The notes below the pieces were generated by a model that was not told where the DNA came from, made no database searches, and saw nothing but the letters and a program-made list of their open reading frames with translations. A stretch of 64,000 nt of DNA from positions 33,168 to 97,167 of the forward strand of contig JAYPFK010000008.1 of the NCBI GenBank assembly GCA_038126235.1, read 5' to 3'. This document shows, piece by piece, positions 38,822-49,385 of the stretch (positions within the stretch are counted from its first letter, which is position 1; each line of letters opens with the position of its first letter). A program made the translations under genes and the position numbers. Source of the DNA: Verrucomicrobiales bacterium (GTDB taxonomy: Bacteria > Verrucomicrobiota > Verrucomicrobiia > Limisphaerales > JAYPEY01).

Positions 38822-40120
38822 ATGATCCAGAAAACGTTCCGCGCCTCCATCGTCGCCTTTGCCCTTCCCTTGGCCGCCGCGTTGACGGCCTCCGCCCAAC
38901 CCGCCGGATTCAACTACGACGAGTCCAAGGTCCCCGCCTACTCGCTGCCCAATCCGTTGCTGGACCAGTCGGGCAAGCCGGTAAAGGACGCGGAAACCTG
39001 GAAGAGTTCCCGCCGCGGCGAGATTCTCCGCCTCTTCGAGCAATACGTCTACGGCCGCACGCCGAAGGCGGACGTAAAGGTCCGCTTCGAGACCTTGTCC
39101 CGCTACCGCAACGCCTTCGGCGGCAAGGCCACGCGCAAGGAGGTGCGCGCGCATTTCACCCGCGGCGACCAGAGCGCGCAGATGGACATCCTGATCTACC
39201 TGCCAAACGTCACGACCCGCCCCGTCCCGCTGTTTGTCGGCCTGAACTTCTACGGCAACCACACCGTAAGCTCCGATCCGTCGATCATGCTCAGTGAGAG
39301 CTGGATGCGCCGGAATGCGGACAAGGGCGTGAAGGACAACCGCGCCACCGAGGCCTCGCGCGGGACCTCCGCCAACCGCTGGGCCATCGGAAAGATCCTC
39401 GACCGCGGCTACGGCCTCGCGACGATCTACTATGGCGACATCGATCCCGACTTCGACGACGGCTTTCAGAACGGCATCCACCCGCTGTTCTACCGCGAAG
39501 GCCAGACCAAGCCCGACGCGGATGAATGGGGCTCCATCGGCGCGTGGTCTTGGGGGCTGAGCCGGGCGCTGGACTACTTCGAGACCGACGACGCCATCGA
39601 TCACCAGAAGGTCGCGGTGTTCGGGCATTCCCGTCTGGGCAAGACCTCGCTCTGGGCGGGGGCTCAGGACGGGCGTTTCGCGATCGTGATCTCGAACGAC
39701 TCGGGCTGCGGCGGCGCGGCCATCGCCCGGCGGCATTTCGGCGAGACGGTGCAGCGCATCAACACCTCCTTTCCGCACTGGTTCAACGACAACCACGTGA
39801 AGTTCAACGAACGCGAAAACGAACTGCCGGTCGACCAGCACATGCTGATCTCGCTGATGGCTCCGCGGCCGGTCTACATCGCCAGCGCGGAGGACGACAA
39901 GTGGGCCGACCCGAACGGGGAGTTCCTTTCCGGCAAGCTCGCGGGCCCGGTCTACCAACTGTTCGGAAAGAAAGGCGTGGGCGTCGAGGAGCCACCCGCC
40001 ACCGACCATCCCGCGGGCGACTTCATCGGCTACCATCGCCGGACCGGCAAGCACGACGTCACCGACTTTGACTGGGAGCAATACCTCAACTTCGCCGACC
40101 GGCATTTCGGCCGGAATTGA
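38822..40120 (+). CDS. CE15 glucuronoyl esterase-like protein
   Basis: NYDESKVP.Y.LP, GHSRLGK nucleophile motif, SGCGGAA, LPVDQH, WADP.GE. Confidence 0.88.
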   Translation: MIQKTFRASIVAFALPLAAALTASAQPAGFNYDESKVPAYSLPNPLLDQSGKPVKDAETWKSSRRGEILRLFEQYVYGRTPKADVKVRFETLSRYRNAFGGKATRKEVRAHFTRGDQSAQMDILIYLPNVTTRPVPLFVGLNFYGNHTVSSDPSIMLSESWMRRNADKGVKDNRATEASRGTSANRWAIGKILDRGYGLATIYYGDIDPDFDDGFQNGIHPLFYREGQTKPDADEWGSIGAWSWGLSRALDYFETDDAIDHQKVAVFGHSRLGKTSLWAGAQDGRFAIVISNDSGCGGAAIARRHFGETVQRINTSFPHWFNDNHVKFNERENELPVDQHMLISLMAPRPVYIASAEDDKWADPNGEFLSGKLAGPVYQLFGKKGVGVEEPPATDHPAGDFIGYHRRTGKHDVTDFDWEQYLNFADRHFGRN

Positions 40121-40127
40121 GGTTCCT

Positions 40128-40285
40128 CAAGGAGCGGCGACATTCCTGTCGCCGTGGCCCCGAAGGGGCCAGGTCTGCGCGCGTTGTAAAGACAGGAGCC
40201 GGCAGGTTCCTTGGTCTCAGGAGCACGCCACGCGCCTTTGTGCCGGCTGCGCCGGCAGGGCGACAAGAATGTCGCCCCTCCTTGG
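40128..40285. repeat. REPIN-like element family B copy 1 (between convergent genes)
   Basis: caaggagcggcgacattcctgtcgcc / ggcgacaagaatgtcgcccctccttg (24 of 26); first 45 nt match 58255 at 44 of 45. Confidence 0.9.
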
Positions 40286-40336
40286 ATAGTCCCTCCGGGA
40301 CTTTGCCGTGTGTTCGCCGGAGTCTTTCCTTGCCGG

Positions 40337-41881
40337 CTACCGCGCGGAGAATTCCACCTGTTGAAAAGCGTCGGCGTCGAAGGCGACGGTCCCGAAGTTG
40401 GGGCTGGTTCCGGTGATCCGGCCGTTCTCCCATTTCTCCAACCGGAACTTCACCGAGCGTTGCGGTTCGAACCAACCGCGGACCATGCCGGCCTCCGGCG
40501 TCAGCGGGGCCGCCTTCGCGGGGGCCAGTTCGATGTGCGCCGCATCGCGCCAGGGGATCGTCTTCGTCCCGCCGCCGATACGCATGATCACGACATCCGG
40601 ACGGATGGTCTCCACGTGCCCGAAGACCCGCTGGCCGGCCGAGGTGAGCGTGACATCCTGCGCGGAATTGGGCGGCAGCGAAGGCGGGACGTCGAAACGC
40701 CCGTCCCACTCCGTCACCCGCAGATTGCTGACGCGAACCGAACCGATACCCTGATGCACGAGCCGGATTCCCCTGCCCTCGCCGCCAAAGCCGCGGTCGT
40801 CGATCCACTGCTTGATCATCTGGCCGTCGATGAACAGGGACACGGAATGCCGGCTCTTGTCGCACCGGATCGTGATCCTCGCCTTGGACTTCTGGGCAAA
40901 GGCGGTCACGGCAAGCGGTCCGAGGTAGCGCAACGGCTCCCGCTTGGTGACATGCAGGAGATTCACCGTGCGCGGATTGATCTGCAGGCTGTAGAAGCCG
41001 CCGAAGGCCGGTTCCGTCTCCTTGTTCCGGAGGCTGATGGGATGCAGGTAATCGGTGTAGAGCGCGATGGCGACGTTGAAGGTCTCGCGCCAGGCGATGT
41101 CGAACTCCAAGGTCGATTTGTCCGGGAGATTCACGATCCGCGCGATGGAGGCGGCCTTGGTGGCGTAGAAGGCGCCGTTGGCGTAGGTCCACTCGCCGGC
41201 GTCGTCGATGTGAACATTGCCGATGGTCCAGTCCTCGATGCCGGTCGGCCCCGCGTAGGCGGTCTTGAAATGGGTGGGGATCGGCCGGATCAACCGCACC
41301 CGGTCCCGCGGAATCGTCACCAGGCCGGCGTGCCATGTGCGGAGAACGAGGTTGGTCGCGTCGAACGAGACGAAGTCGCCCCGCATCTCGTCCAGGTTCG
41401 TGAAGACGGCGACGCAGGGCTGCCCTCCCTTTTCGGGCGGATGCCGGGTCGAACGGTTGGCAATCTGCGCCAGGTTGTCGGCGCGGAAGCGGATCGGCTT
41501 TTCCGCGTCAGGGTGGATCCAACGAAGCTCCTTGCCGGGCACGAGGCTCTCCACCTTCCCGGGCAGCATGTCGCCGGTGCGGAACAGGACGGCCTGGGTC
41601 GGGGCGTCGGAGGGTTCGGCGGCATGGGCGGAGGTGATGCAGGCGATCGAGACGAAGGCAAAAAGCGCCGTGAAGGATATGAGCGACGTGAAACTTCCAT
41701 GCCTCTGAACACGCGGAGCATCGCTTCGCTCGCACGCTGGGAAGTGGGTATTGACGCAGCAACACCCTACCAAGGTAGGGCAGACCTGCGGGTCTGCCCA
41801 TTTCTCAGCGACAGCGAGCGCAGCGTAGCGAGCGCGTCCCGCCTGCGAGACGATCCAGGATCTCACAACTCCCCTCCTCAC
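40337..41881 (-). CDS. Secreted hypothetical protein, paralogue of 41878-43398
   Basis: GTG overlaps upstream TGA, AGGAGG upstream of GTG 41881 and of GTG 41866; h-region FTALFAFVSIAC..AHA; shared blocks with neighbour. Confidence 0.8.
   Translation of the reverse strand: MRRGVVRSWIVSQAGRARYAALAVAEKWADPQVCPTLVGCCCVNTHFPACERSDAPRVQRHGSFTSLISFTALFAFVSIACITSAHAAEPSDAPTQAVLFRTGDMLPGKVESLVPGKELRWIHPDAEKPIRFRADNLAQIANRSTRHPPEKGGQPCVAVFTNLDEMRGDFVSFDATNLVLRTWHAGLVTIPRDRVRLIRPIPTHFKTAYAGPTGIEDWTIGNVHIDDAGEWTYANGAFYATKAASIARIVNLPDKSTLEFDIAWRETFNVAIALYTDYLHPISLRNKETEPAFGGFYSLQINPRTVNLLHVTKREPLRYLGPLAVTAFAQKSKARITIRCDKSRHSVSLFIDGQMIKQWIDDRGFGGEGRGIRLVHQGIGSVRVSNLRVTEWDGRFDVPPSLPPNSAQDVTLTSAGQRVFGHVETIRPDVVIMRIGGGTKTIPWRDAAHIELAPAKAAPLTPEAGMVRGWFEPQRSVKFRLEKWENGRITGTSPNFGTVAFDADAFQQVEFSAR
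41712..41840. repeat. GTAG-type REP doublet inside 5' coding region
   Basis: Central palindrome ccctacc-aa-ggtaggg; hairpin gggcagacc-tgcg-ggtctgccc; flanks are imperfect inverted repeats. Confidence 0.7.
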
Positions 41882-43398
41882 GGCTCCGCCTCCTTCCTCG
41901 TCTCCTCGACGGGCCAGAAGGGATCGACTTCGGAATCCGCCGCGCCAGCCACAGGGCGGCCCTTCTGCAGGTTGAACTGCAACGCCCGCACCCAGCGGGG
42001 ATTCAGCTTCATCAGGCCGACATCCTCGTGCCTTCCGCTCAGTTCGCCAGGACTCCAGCGATCCAGTTTCAGCGTCACCTGCCCGAGGTCGGTGAACACC
42101 GCGCGCACATCGTCGGGCGAATGCCGGGAGAAATCCATCGCGGGCGATTTCAGGTGCACCTGGCGCACGCGCTCAAGCGGGATGTTCAATTCGATCTTGT
42201 CCGTCGCCACGCCCACCTTCCCCTCGCGGATGGACTTCACGTTCCCGGAAAAGCGGTCCTTGTTCGCCAGCAGCAGTTGGGGCTTCTCGATCTCGCCGTC
42301 GCCGGGCCCTTCCGAATCAGCCTCGCCGCCCCACTCCGCAACGACGAGATTGCCCAGCTTCAGGAGCGTGCCGTTGCGTTGGGAATAGAAGGTGATGCCC
42401 TCGCCGGGCGGCAGGAATCCGTTCGGGTCCTTCCAAGTGTAGGCGGGCTCGCCGTCGATCAGCAGTTGGAGCGTCGCTTCCTCGGCGTCCGTGCGGATCT
42501 CGATGCGGGCCTTCTGCTTGATCGCCAACGCGGGCGCCCGGGCCTGACCGAGGAAACTGCGGCTCATCGCCGCCCCGGCGAGGGCGCGGTTGCTCTCCGA
42601 GCGCTGCAGCGAAACCCAGCCCGAGCCGATGGCAAAGTTGTAACCCGAGGCCCCGTAGCTGAACTGGGTCACGAGATCCGACTCCAGCGCGAACATGAGG
42701 CTGAGGGGACCGTTCCATTCCAGATCGAAGACCACGCGCGCGCGCCGCGGCAGCTTCATGGCGCGTCCGAGGAAGCTGACGTTCGTCGTCGCAAACGCGC
42801 CGTCCTCGTAGCGCCAGAAACCGGCGACGTTCCTGCCCCGGTTCCAACCGTCCAACCCCGTCGGGCCGCGATACACGGTGGTGAGGCCGGAGCTGATGAA
42901 GGTCATGGAACGGACGGATTCGCGCCGCGCCTCCACCCGGCCGGCAAACCAGGTCTGAAACTCGGCCGTGTCCCCATCCAGCGAAAGCAGCTCGCCGTGG
43001 ATCTCGTCGCCGTTGTTCAGGCGGGCCAGGCAGGTCGCCTGGATGTTCGTCGCCTGCAACTGCAGCGGATCAAAACGGATCTCATGGACATTGCGTGTCT
43101 TGAAGACGATCGGCTCCAACGCCTCGGGATGGCTCCAGACGACACCCTGCTCCGGCTGGATGGAAAGCAGTCTGCCGCGCAACGCGGCCCCGTCGAAGAA
43201 CGAGAGTCGATCGCCCACGCCTTGCGCCCGGGCGGCGGATGGCCCGCAAAGCCCAAATGCCAGGACGCCCCCCAAAAGTGCGGCGGTCATAGACGCGCCG
43301 CTACATACACGCTCGATGTGGCGGCGCGTCGGTGACCGCCGCATCTCAAAACGACTCGCGCAAAGAACGGACCTGGAACTGGGGGTGGCGGCGCGCAT
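41878..43398 (-). CDS. Secreted hypothetical protein, paralogue of 40337-41881
   Basis: TGATG overlap with upstream stop; h-region LLGGVLAFGLC..ARA; repeated D.L....G..L.G small beta modules flanking a central lectin-like region. Confidence 0.8.
   Translation of the reverse strand: MRAATPSSRSVLCASRFEMRRSPTRRHIERVCSGASMTAALLGGVLAFGLCGPSAARAQGVGDRLSFFDGAALRGRLLSIQPEQGVVWSHPEALEPIVFKTRNVHEIRFDPLQLQATNIQATCLARLNNGDEIHGELLSLDGDTAEFQTWFAGRVEARRESVRSMTFISSGLTTVYRGPTGLDGWNRGRNVAGFWRYEDGAFATTNVSFLGRAMKLPRRARVVFDLEWNGPLSLMFALESDLVTQFSYGASGYNFAIGSGWVSLQRSESNRALAGAAMSRSFLGQARAPALAIKQKARIEIRTDAEEATLQLLIDGEPAYTWKDPNGFLPPGEGITFYSQRNGTLLKLGNLVVAEWGGEADSEGPGDGEIEKPQLLLANKDRFSGNVKSIREGKVGVATDKIELNIPLERVRQVHLKSPAMDFSRHSPDDVRAVFTDLGQVTLKLDRWSPGELSGRHEDVGLMKLNPRWVRALQFNLQKGRPVAGAADSEVDPFWPVEETRKEAEP
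43280..43342. repeat. GTAG-type REP doublet inside 5' coding region
   Basis: gcggcggtcatagacgcgccgctaca / tgtggcggcgcgtcggtgaccgccgc, 23 of 26 complementary. Confidence 0.8.
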
Positions 43399-44417
43399 CA
43401 GTAGTTCCGTTCGTAGATCGGCAGGAAGCGGTAGTTGAGGGCCATGGAGAGGAGCGCCATGGCGGTGGAATAGGCGGGACCGAACTGGCCCTCCCAGTTT
43501 CCGTCCGGTCGCTGCCGCTGTTTGAGTTCGGCGATGTTGCGCTGGTTCCAGGCCGCCCACCTTTCCGGTGAATGGTGAAAGTTCGCCTGCGCGGCGTAAT
43601 AAAGGTAGTAAAAGTAGTAGTGGGACTGCGGTTGCTGCCGCTCGAAATAGGAGAACGCCGCCTGGTATTCCTTGGTCCCCTTCTCCTTCGCCAGCGTCAT
43701 GACCAGGCAGCCGATCGCCGTCCGCGCGGCGTTCGGTCCGGCGGCGCTGGTGTATCCGTGACCTCCCTCCGCCGACTGGCACCTCGCGAAGAACTGCAAC
43801 CCCTTCTTGACGGCCTCCTCGGGCACGGCGATGCCGGCGTTGCGCGCGGCCAGCAGGGCGACCATCTGGCAGCCACTGACCGTGGTGTCAGCGTCCTGGC
43901 TGGTCGGGTTGTAGCGCCAGGCGCCGTTGGGATTCTGGGCCTGAGAGGTCAGGATCAGCTTCACGGCCTTCTGCAAGGCCGGACCCAGCCTGGGTTCCTT
44001 GACCATGCCGTAGGCCTCGGCCAGGGCGAGCGTGGCAAAACCGTGGTTGTACATCGTCCGGCCGATCATCCCGTCCTCGGTCTGCTGGGAAAGGATGTAA
44101 TCCAAGGCCTTGCGGACGGGCGTCGCGTAGGGGCCGAAATTCGGATCGTCCCCATGCGCGAGCATGGCCAGCGCGGCCAGTCCGACAACGGCCGGATCGG
44201 CGCCATAGTTGCCGCCGGACCAGGCCCCGTCCTTCCCCTGTGTCTTGACCAGGTAGCGCAACCCCTTGACGTAGACAGTGTCCACCAGCTTCGCGCTGAG
44301 ATCCGAATCCTCGACAAACAACTTCTGCGCCGACGCCGCGAACGGCAGCAGACATAGACAGACCAGCGCCGCCAAAAGACGACTGCGCCCAAATCCATGT
44401 CTCTCAACCCTCTCCAT
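43398..44417 (-). CDS. Secreted prenyltransferase/squalene-oxidase repeat (alpha/alpha barrel) protein
   Basis: QW-like repeats QGKDGAW, QNPNGAWRY, QSAEGGHGY, QRPDGNW; MYNHGFATLALAE; no DxDD cyclase motif. Confidence 0.85.
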   Translation of the reverse strand: MERVERHGFGRSRLLAALVCLCLLPFAASAQKLFVEDSDLSAKLVDTVYVKGLRYLVKTQGKDGAWSGGNYGADPAVVGLAALAMLAHGDDPNFGPYATPVRKALDYILSQQTEDGMIGRTMYNHGFATLALAEAYGMVKEPRLGPALQKAVKLILTSQAQNPNGAWRYNPTSQDADTTVSGCQMVALLAARNAGIAVPEEAVKKGLQFFARCQSAEGGHGYTSAAGPNAARTAIGCLVMTLAKEKGTKEYQAAFSYFERQQPQSHYYFYYLYYAAQANFHHSPERWAAWNQRNIAELKQRQRPDGNWEGQFGPAYSTAMALLSMALNYRFLPIYERNY

Positions 44418-44431
44418 CGCTCAACTCTCAA

Positions 44432-47400
44432 CTACTCGCTCTTCTCCACGTTCTTGAAATAGCTCTCCATGGCCTCGCGGAATTCGGCGGCGACCGCGCG
44501 GATCGAGCCCTTGCCGCCCGCGCCGCGATCCACGCGACGCGCGAGCGAGCCCTTGCCCTGGCCGTCGCCCGAGGCGCGGCCGCCCGGCGCGGTGGGATCG
44601 CCATCGCGCGGCCCCATGCCAGGCATGGCTCCGGGCTGTTGACCGGGTTGCTGGCCCTGTTGCTGCTCCGCCATCTCCATCAGGAATTCCTGTTCGCGCT
44701 GCTGTTGCGCGCTCTGCTGCTGCTGCTGGTTCCGCTGCTGGCTCTGCTCGTTGATCAGGTTGATGATGTCCGTCATCAACTCGACCGACTTCTTCTGCGC
44801 GGCGGCGGTCGGCGCGCCGGTGTTGGGCTCCTCCAGCAGCGAGAGCGACTTCGTCATCGAATCCACCGTCTCCTTCATCACGGAGTCCAAGACCTCCACC
44901 GGGTTGTTCTCGGTGGTCTCCATCATCTTGAAGTTGAGCTTCCCCTGGTCCGTAGCCAATTCGAGCGCGCGGTCCGCGTAGCCGGGATCGCGGGCCTTCT
45001 GCTCCTCCAGCATCGAGGTGCGGCCGCGAACATTGTCCTGCTCCGCGCGCAGGCGGATCATCGTAACGAGCAACTGCATGAGGTCGTCCTGCGAGAAGCC
45101 GTTCTGCCCCTCGCCGCCCTCGCCGGAACCCTCCTGCGGCTCCGGCTCGATCAGCTTCGCCCAGGCGTCAAAACGCTCCGCCCAGGCGGTGAGTTCCTCG
45201 ACCGAACGCATGGTGGTGTTGGCGGCGATCAACGAGCTCACGGCCTCCATCTTCATGGCGATTTCCGCGGCCTCCATCTCCTTGGAGACCTTCCCGTAGT
45301 TCTCCCGCTGGGTGCGCTCGAAGAAGCGGCCGATCTCCGCCTTCAGCTTCCCGGCCTCATCGCGCACTTCAAGCTGATCCTTGGACGCTCCGGTCGTGGC
45401 CTCCTGATACCGCGCATTCAACCGCTCGAATTCCAACCCGATGGTCTCCGGCGCCATCGAGAGCAGCGTCCGCTCAATCTTGCGCTCGGACTTTGCGGCC
45501 TCGCGCAGTCGTTGCGCCAGGGTCAGAGCCTCCAGATTGTCCAGTCCCTCGTCCATGCGCTCCTGCATCTCCGCCAGCTTCTGCAGGGCCTGCTCGATGT
45601 TCTCCAACGCCTCGGACAACTCCTCCTCGCGCTTCTCGCCGGACTGCTGCTGCTGTTGCGCCTCCTGCAGGGACTGCTTCGCCTGGCTCATCTGCTTTTC
45701 GGAAAGCTCCCGCATCTCGCTCAGCGTGCCCGCCCACTGCTTGATGGTCTTCTCGTCGAAGGTGGGATTCCGCATGGCCTCCTTCAGGGCCTCCGTCCCC
45801 TCGCGGACGATCTGTTCCAGATCGCGGTTGTTCTCGCCCTGCTTGTCTGTCTGCTCGCCGATCTCCCCGGTGGTCGTCTCGGACTTCATTTCGCTTTCCG
45901 GGAGGTTCTTGGTCTGGCGCGTCGCCTCGGCCACGCTTTCCTCGGCCCGGGTCAATTCCTCCAACCGGCCGAACAGGTCCTCGAAGGTCTGGCGCGTCCA
46001 CTCGGCGTGCTCGACCAGCCCGACAATGTGCAGGCGGTACGCCATTGAAAGCGACTTCGCACGCCCGGGCAAATAGTCCGTCGCGTAGGCGCGCAACTCG
46101 ACAACGGACTCCGGCGGCGCGCCCACCACCGAGGGACTGAACAGAAAGGACTCCTTCAACTCCGTCTCGTCCGGCAGCGACGAATCGAAATGAAACTCCG
46201 TCTCGGCCAGCTTGTTCGTCTCGCCGGCGAAGGAGACCAGCTCCCACTGGACGCCAAGGTCCTTCACGCCGTAGTCGTCGCGCGCAACGGCGTTGAGGTT
46301 CACAATATCGGATTCCAGGATGGCGCTCTCGCTCTGCAGTTCAGGCAGATCAACGTTCGGCGCAAAGTCCTGCGTCTGCCGCAGGGCCAGCGAATACGGG
46401 GCCTTGTTCGTCAGCCCGAGCCGGTCCTCGATGGTGAAGGTGAGATGGGCCTGTTCCGCGAGGTCCATCTGCGGCGTTTCAAACCGGCCTCCCCCGTCCA
46501 GAGCCAGGGGCCGTTCCTTCCCGTCGGCCGATGTCATCGCCACCTTGGCGAGCGCGCGATTGCCCTCGCCGCTGAACACGGCTTTACTGCCCGCCAAGGC
46601 GGACAGGCTGGCGTTCTGGACAGTCTGCGTCGTCGCCGGGTAGCGGAGATAGGCCGGCAGTTCGATCCGGGCCTCGACCTCCCGGAGCAAGGGCCGATGT
46701 GTGGGCACGATCCGCATGGAGCTTTTCACGTCGCCGGCGCGGACGACGAGTTCTCCCTCCCGCGTCTGACCGGGGACCTCCAGCGAAGCGCGACCGTCGG
46801 CCACCTCGGCCTTCAACGGCGTCTGGCGGCCGATCTGCGCCCGGATGCTGGCGGGGCGCCAGAAGGAACGAAAATTCAAGGCCACCGCCACTCCGAAATC
46901 CTCGCCGTGCGGGACAACCATCTCTCCGGGCAGTTCGCCGATCTCGACGAAGGTGAAGCGTCCTGTATTTGAAGCCGGCGCAACCCAGCGTCGCAGGGCG
47001 TTCCAGCCCGCCTGCGGCGCGACGACGAAGGGCGTCGCCACGACGGCGAACAGGACCGCGGCTGCCGCCAGCCAACGCGTTGCCTGACGCAGGTTCACCG
47101 CCGCCTTGAAATCATATTTCTCCGCCTCCTCCGCGACCTGCCGGATCGCGGCTTCACGCAGCGCGGGCGACATGCCGGCCGCCGCGGCCGAAGCGTCGGC
47201 CAATTCCACAATGCCGAGCAACCGGTCGCCCAACCGCCGATGCCTCCGTTGCACGATCCGCGCAAAAGCCCGCACATCCCGGCGCCGCCAGACCCACAGC
47301 CCCATCCACCGGATGGCGAACCAGGCCAGGAGGGCCAGGCCGGAAAGCGTCAACGCCGTGCGCAACGCGGGCGGCGTCTCCCAGAAACGGTCGGAAATGA

Positions 47401-47608
47401 AGAGCAACCCGTAGGAAACGAACAGGGCCGCCGCCGCGCCGCAGACCGCGACGGTCGTCTCCTTCCGCCAAAGCCGGCGCTCCACCTCGGCAAACTGGAC
47501 CTTCAGGTTGCCGGGCAGGTTCGGGGCGTCGGTTGTGTTCTCGGATTCGGGCACGGCCAGCGTCAGGGCGGGAACATGGCGCCCCTTCAACAGCGGATCA
47601 AGCCTCAC
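44432..47608 (-). CDS. Large membrane-anchored coiled-coil protein (DUF4175-like)
   Basis: Three N-terminal TM helices, LGDRLLG, P.YL, ARDDYG, long E/Q-rich coiled coil, GQ-rich tail ending FREAMESYF. Confidence 0.7.
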   Translation of the reverse strand: MRLDPLLKGRHVPALTLAVPESENTTDAPNLPGNLKVQFAEVERRLWRKETTVAVCGAAAALFVSYGLLFISDRFWETPPALRTALTLSGLALLAWFAIRWMGLWVWRRRDVRAFARIVQRRHRRLGDRLLGIVELADASAAAAGMSPALREAAIRQVAEEAEKYDFKAAVNLRQATRWLAAAAVLFAVVATPFVVAPQAGWNALRRWVAPASNTGRFTFVEIGELPGEMVVPHGEDFGVAVALNFRSFWRPASIRAQIGRQTPLKAEVADGRASLEVPGQTREGELVVRAGDVKSSMRIVPTHRPLLREVEARIELPAYLRYPATTQTVQNASLSALAGSKAVFSGEGNRALAKVAMTSADGKERPLALDGGGRFETPQMDLAEQAHLTFTIEDRLGLTNKAPYSLALRQTQDFAPNVDLPELQSESAILESDIVNLNAVARDDYGVKDLGVQWELVSFAGETNKLAETEFHFDSSLPDETELKESFLFSPSVVGAPPESVVELRAYATDYLPGRAKSLSMAYRLHIVGLVEHAEWTRQTFEDLFGRLEELTRAEESVAEATRQTKNLPESEMKSETTTGEIGEQTDKQGENNRDLEQIVREGTEALKEAMRNPTFDEKTIKQWAGTLSEMRELSEKQMSQAKQSLQEAQQQQQSGEKREEELSEALENIEQALQKLAEMQERMDEGLDNLEALTLAQRLREAAKSERKIERTLLSMAPETIGLEFERLNARYQEATTGASKDQLEVRDEAGKLKAEIGRFFERTQRENYGKVSKEMEAAEIAMKMEAVSSLIAANTTMRSVEELTAWAERFDAWAKLIEPEPQEGSGEGGEGQNGFSQDDLMQLLVTMIRLRAEQDNVRGRTSMLEEQKARDPGYADRALELATDQGKLNFKMMETTENNPVEVLDSVMKETVDSMTKSLSLLEEPNTGAPTAAAQKKSVELMTDIINLINEQSQQRNQQQQQSAQQQREQEFLMEMAEQQQGQQPGQQPGAMPGMGPRDGDPTAPGGRASGDGQGKGSLARRVDRGAGGKGSIRAVAAEFREAMESYFKNVEKSE

Positions 47609-49131
47609 CCAACATGCCGGGCCTGCCGCTTGGGACCTTCCTTCCGATTGGAGGACCGTGGCGGAGGTTGCCGGAGAGGAAGGGCTTCGCGAAGGAAGGG
47701 GGGGATGTCATTGCGGCTTGCGGTGAGACAATCATCCCAGAGGGCGTCGGCCGCCTCGTTGGAAGGCAGACCGAGTTCGCCGACGAGATGGGTGTGAAGG
47801 AGTTCGATCAGGCGGGCAAGCGCGATGCCGTGACGGGCGCGGGTCCGGACGAAGAGCCAGTCGCTGAAGGCGAGAAAGGCGCTGAAGGGAGAACCGGAAT
47901 CGCGCCAGAGCAGGCGGACGGACCGGCCGAAGTTGCCGCTGTTGCCGACGAGGTCCCAGTAGCGCGCAAAGGTCCGCAGACGCTGCAGGTCGGCGAAGGA
48001 AAGCTGCCTGTTCCGCAGGATTTCGTAGGGCGGCGCGGGGTTGTAGACCATCGCCCATTCCGCGTCGTGGCGGACGATGGGCGTCCCGCGCAAGCGCTTG
48101 AGGATGCCCACCTGGATTTCCTGCGGCTCCAGCGCGACCAGGCGGTCGAAACCCGCCCCGAAGCTCTCCAGCGTTTCGCCCGGCAATCCGACGATCAGGT
48201 CGGCGTGGAGATGAACGCCTGTGTGCTCGCGAAGGAAGCGGAAGTTGTCCTCCAGGCGGTCGTAATCCTGGCGACGGCTGATGAGCGCGGCGACCTCGGG
48301 ATTGAACGTCTGAATGCCGACCTCAAACTGCAGCGTTCCCGGTGGGAACTTCGCGACGATCTCGCGCAATCCCTGCGGCAGGCGGTCCGGGATCATCTCG
48401 AAGTGCACAAACAGCCCCGGCCGCATGCGCTCAAGGAAGAACTCCAGGATCGCGCGACCGGTCTTGAGATTCAGGTTGAAGGTGCGATCGACGAACTTGA
48501 ACTGGGTGACGCCGCGTTCGAGCAGCCTTTCCATGGCGGCGAGGAATGGCTCCAGAGGAAACTGCCGCACGGGAACCTCCAGCGCGGAGAGGCAGAATTC
48601 ACAGGTGAAGGGACAACCGCGCGACGCCTCCACGTAGATCACCCGGTGGGCGACATCGTCCTCGTCGTAGAGGTCGTAAGGCAGACGGATCCCGGCGGGA
48701 TCCGGAACGGGGGAATGGATGACCTTGGTTTCCGGCCGGTCGCCGGCGAGCAGGCGCGCGCAGAGCGCGGGAAAGGTCAGGTCCGCCTCGCCGGTGACGA
48801 TGTGATCCGCCAGCGCGACGAGGGGTTGGTCTTCGATTTCATGACTGACCTCGGGGCCGCCAAGCACCACGGTAATGTCGGGTCGCAGGCGCTTGAGCGC
48901 GGCGACGACCTCCAGGGTCTGGGCGGCGTTCCAGATGTAGACGCCGAATCCGACGATTCCGGGATCGGCTTCCAGCAGGTCGCCGACGATGTCGACGGGC
49001 CGCCGCTGGATCTCGAATTCAAGAATGCGCGTACAGGCGCGCAGCTCCCCCATGTTGGCCAGCAGATAACGCAGGCCAAACGCCGGATGGATGTACTTGG
49101 CGTTGAGGGTGGAGAGAACGACGCCGGGCAT
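47605..49131 (-). CDS. B12-binding radical SAM protein (DUF4080-type)
   Basis: [47 protein letters not shown]. Confidence 0.9.
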   Translation of the reverse strand: MPGVVLSTLNAKYIHPAFGLRYLLANMGELRACTRILEFEIQRRPVDIVGDLLEADPGIVGFGVYIWNAAQTLEVVAALKRLRPDITVVLGGPEVSHEIEDQPLVALADHIVTGEADLTFPALCARLLAGDRPETKVIHSPVPDPAGIRLPYDLYDEDDVAHRVIYVEASRGCPFTCEFCLSALEVPVRQFPLEPFLAAMERLLERGVTQFKFVDRTFNLNLKTGRAILEFFLERMRPGLFVHFEMIPDRLPQGLREIVAKFPPGTLQFEVGIQTFNPEVAALISRRQDYDRLEDNFRFLREHTGVHLHADLIVGLPGETLESFGAGFDRLVALEPQEIQVGILKRLRGTPIVRHDAEWAMVYNPAPPYEILRNRQLSFADLQRLRTFARYWDLVGNSGNFGRSVRLLWRDSGSPFSAFLAFSDWLFVRTRARHGIALARLIELLHTHLVGELGLPSNEAADALWDDCLTASRNDIPPFLREALPLRQPPPRSSNRKEGPKRQARHVG

Positions 49132-49198
49132 GCTGACGGGGACTGTCAGGCCGCCACGGCGTCAGGCCCCGGGAACCGGGGCCGGCGGCCGGCGCGGG

Positions 49199-49318
49199 TC
49201 ACTCGGACTTCGCGGCGTCGCTCTTGGCTTCGGCGCCGGTCTTGGCGGCCGTCTTCTTGCGCTTCAGGTAAGCCTTGCGGCGCGCGCGTTTCTGAACCTT
49301 GTTGCTTTGTTGGGCCAT
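49199..49318 (-). CDS. Small basic protein, 39 aa (MAQQSNKVQKRARRKAYLKRKKTAAKTGAEAKSDAAKSE)
   Basis: ATG 49318 to TGA 49199; host-like codons (aag, gcc, cgc); fills the intergenic gap; below ORF-track cutoff. Confidence 0.75.
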   Translation of the reverse strand: MAQQSNKVQKRARRKAYLKRKKTAAKTGAEAKSDAAKSE

Positions 49319-49385
49319 AAGTCTGATGTCGTTGGGAAACTCGCTTTACAACGAGCGGTTCATGGATTTGGTTTGGCGGCGGAAT

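Noticed and set aside
43398..44417. Squalene-hopene cyclase
   Set aside because: Only 339 aa, has a signal peptide, lacks DxDD
44400..44434. Short (T)CTCAAC repeats at an operon junction
   Set aside because: Only three degenerate units; too weak to call
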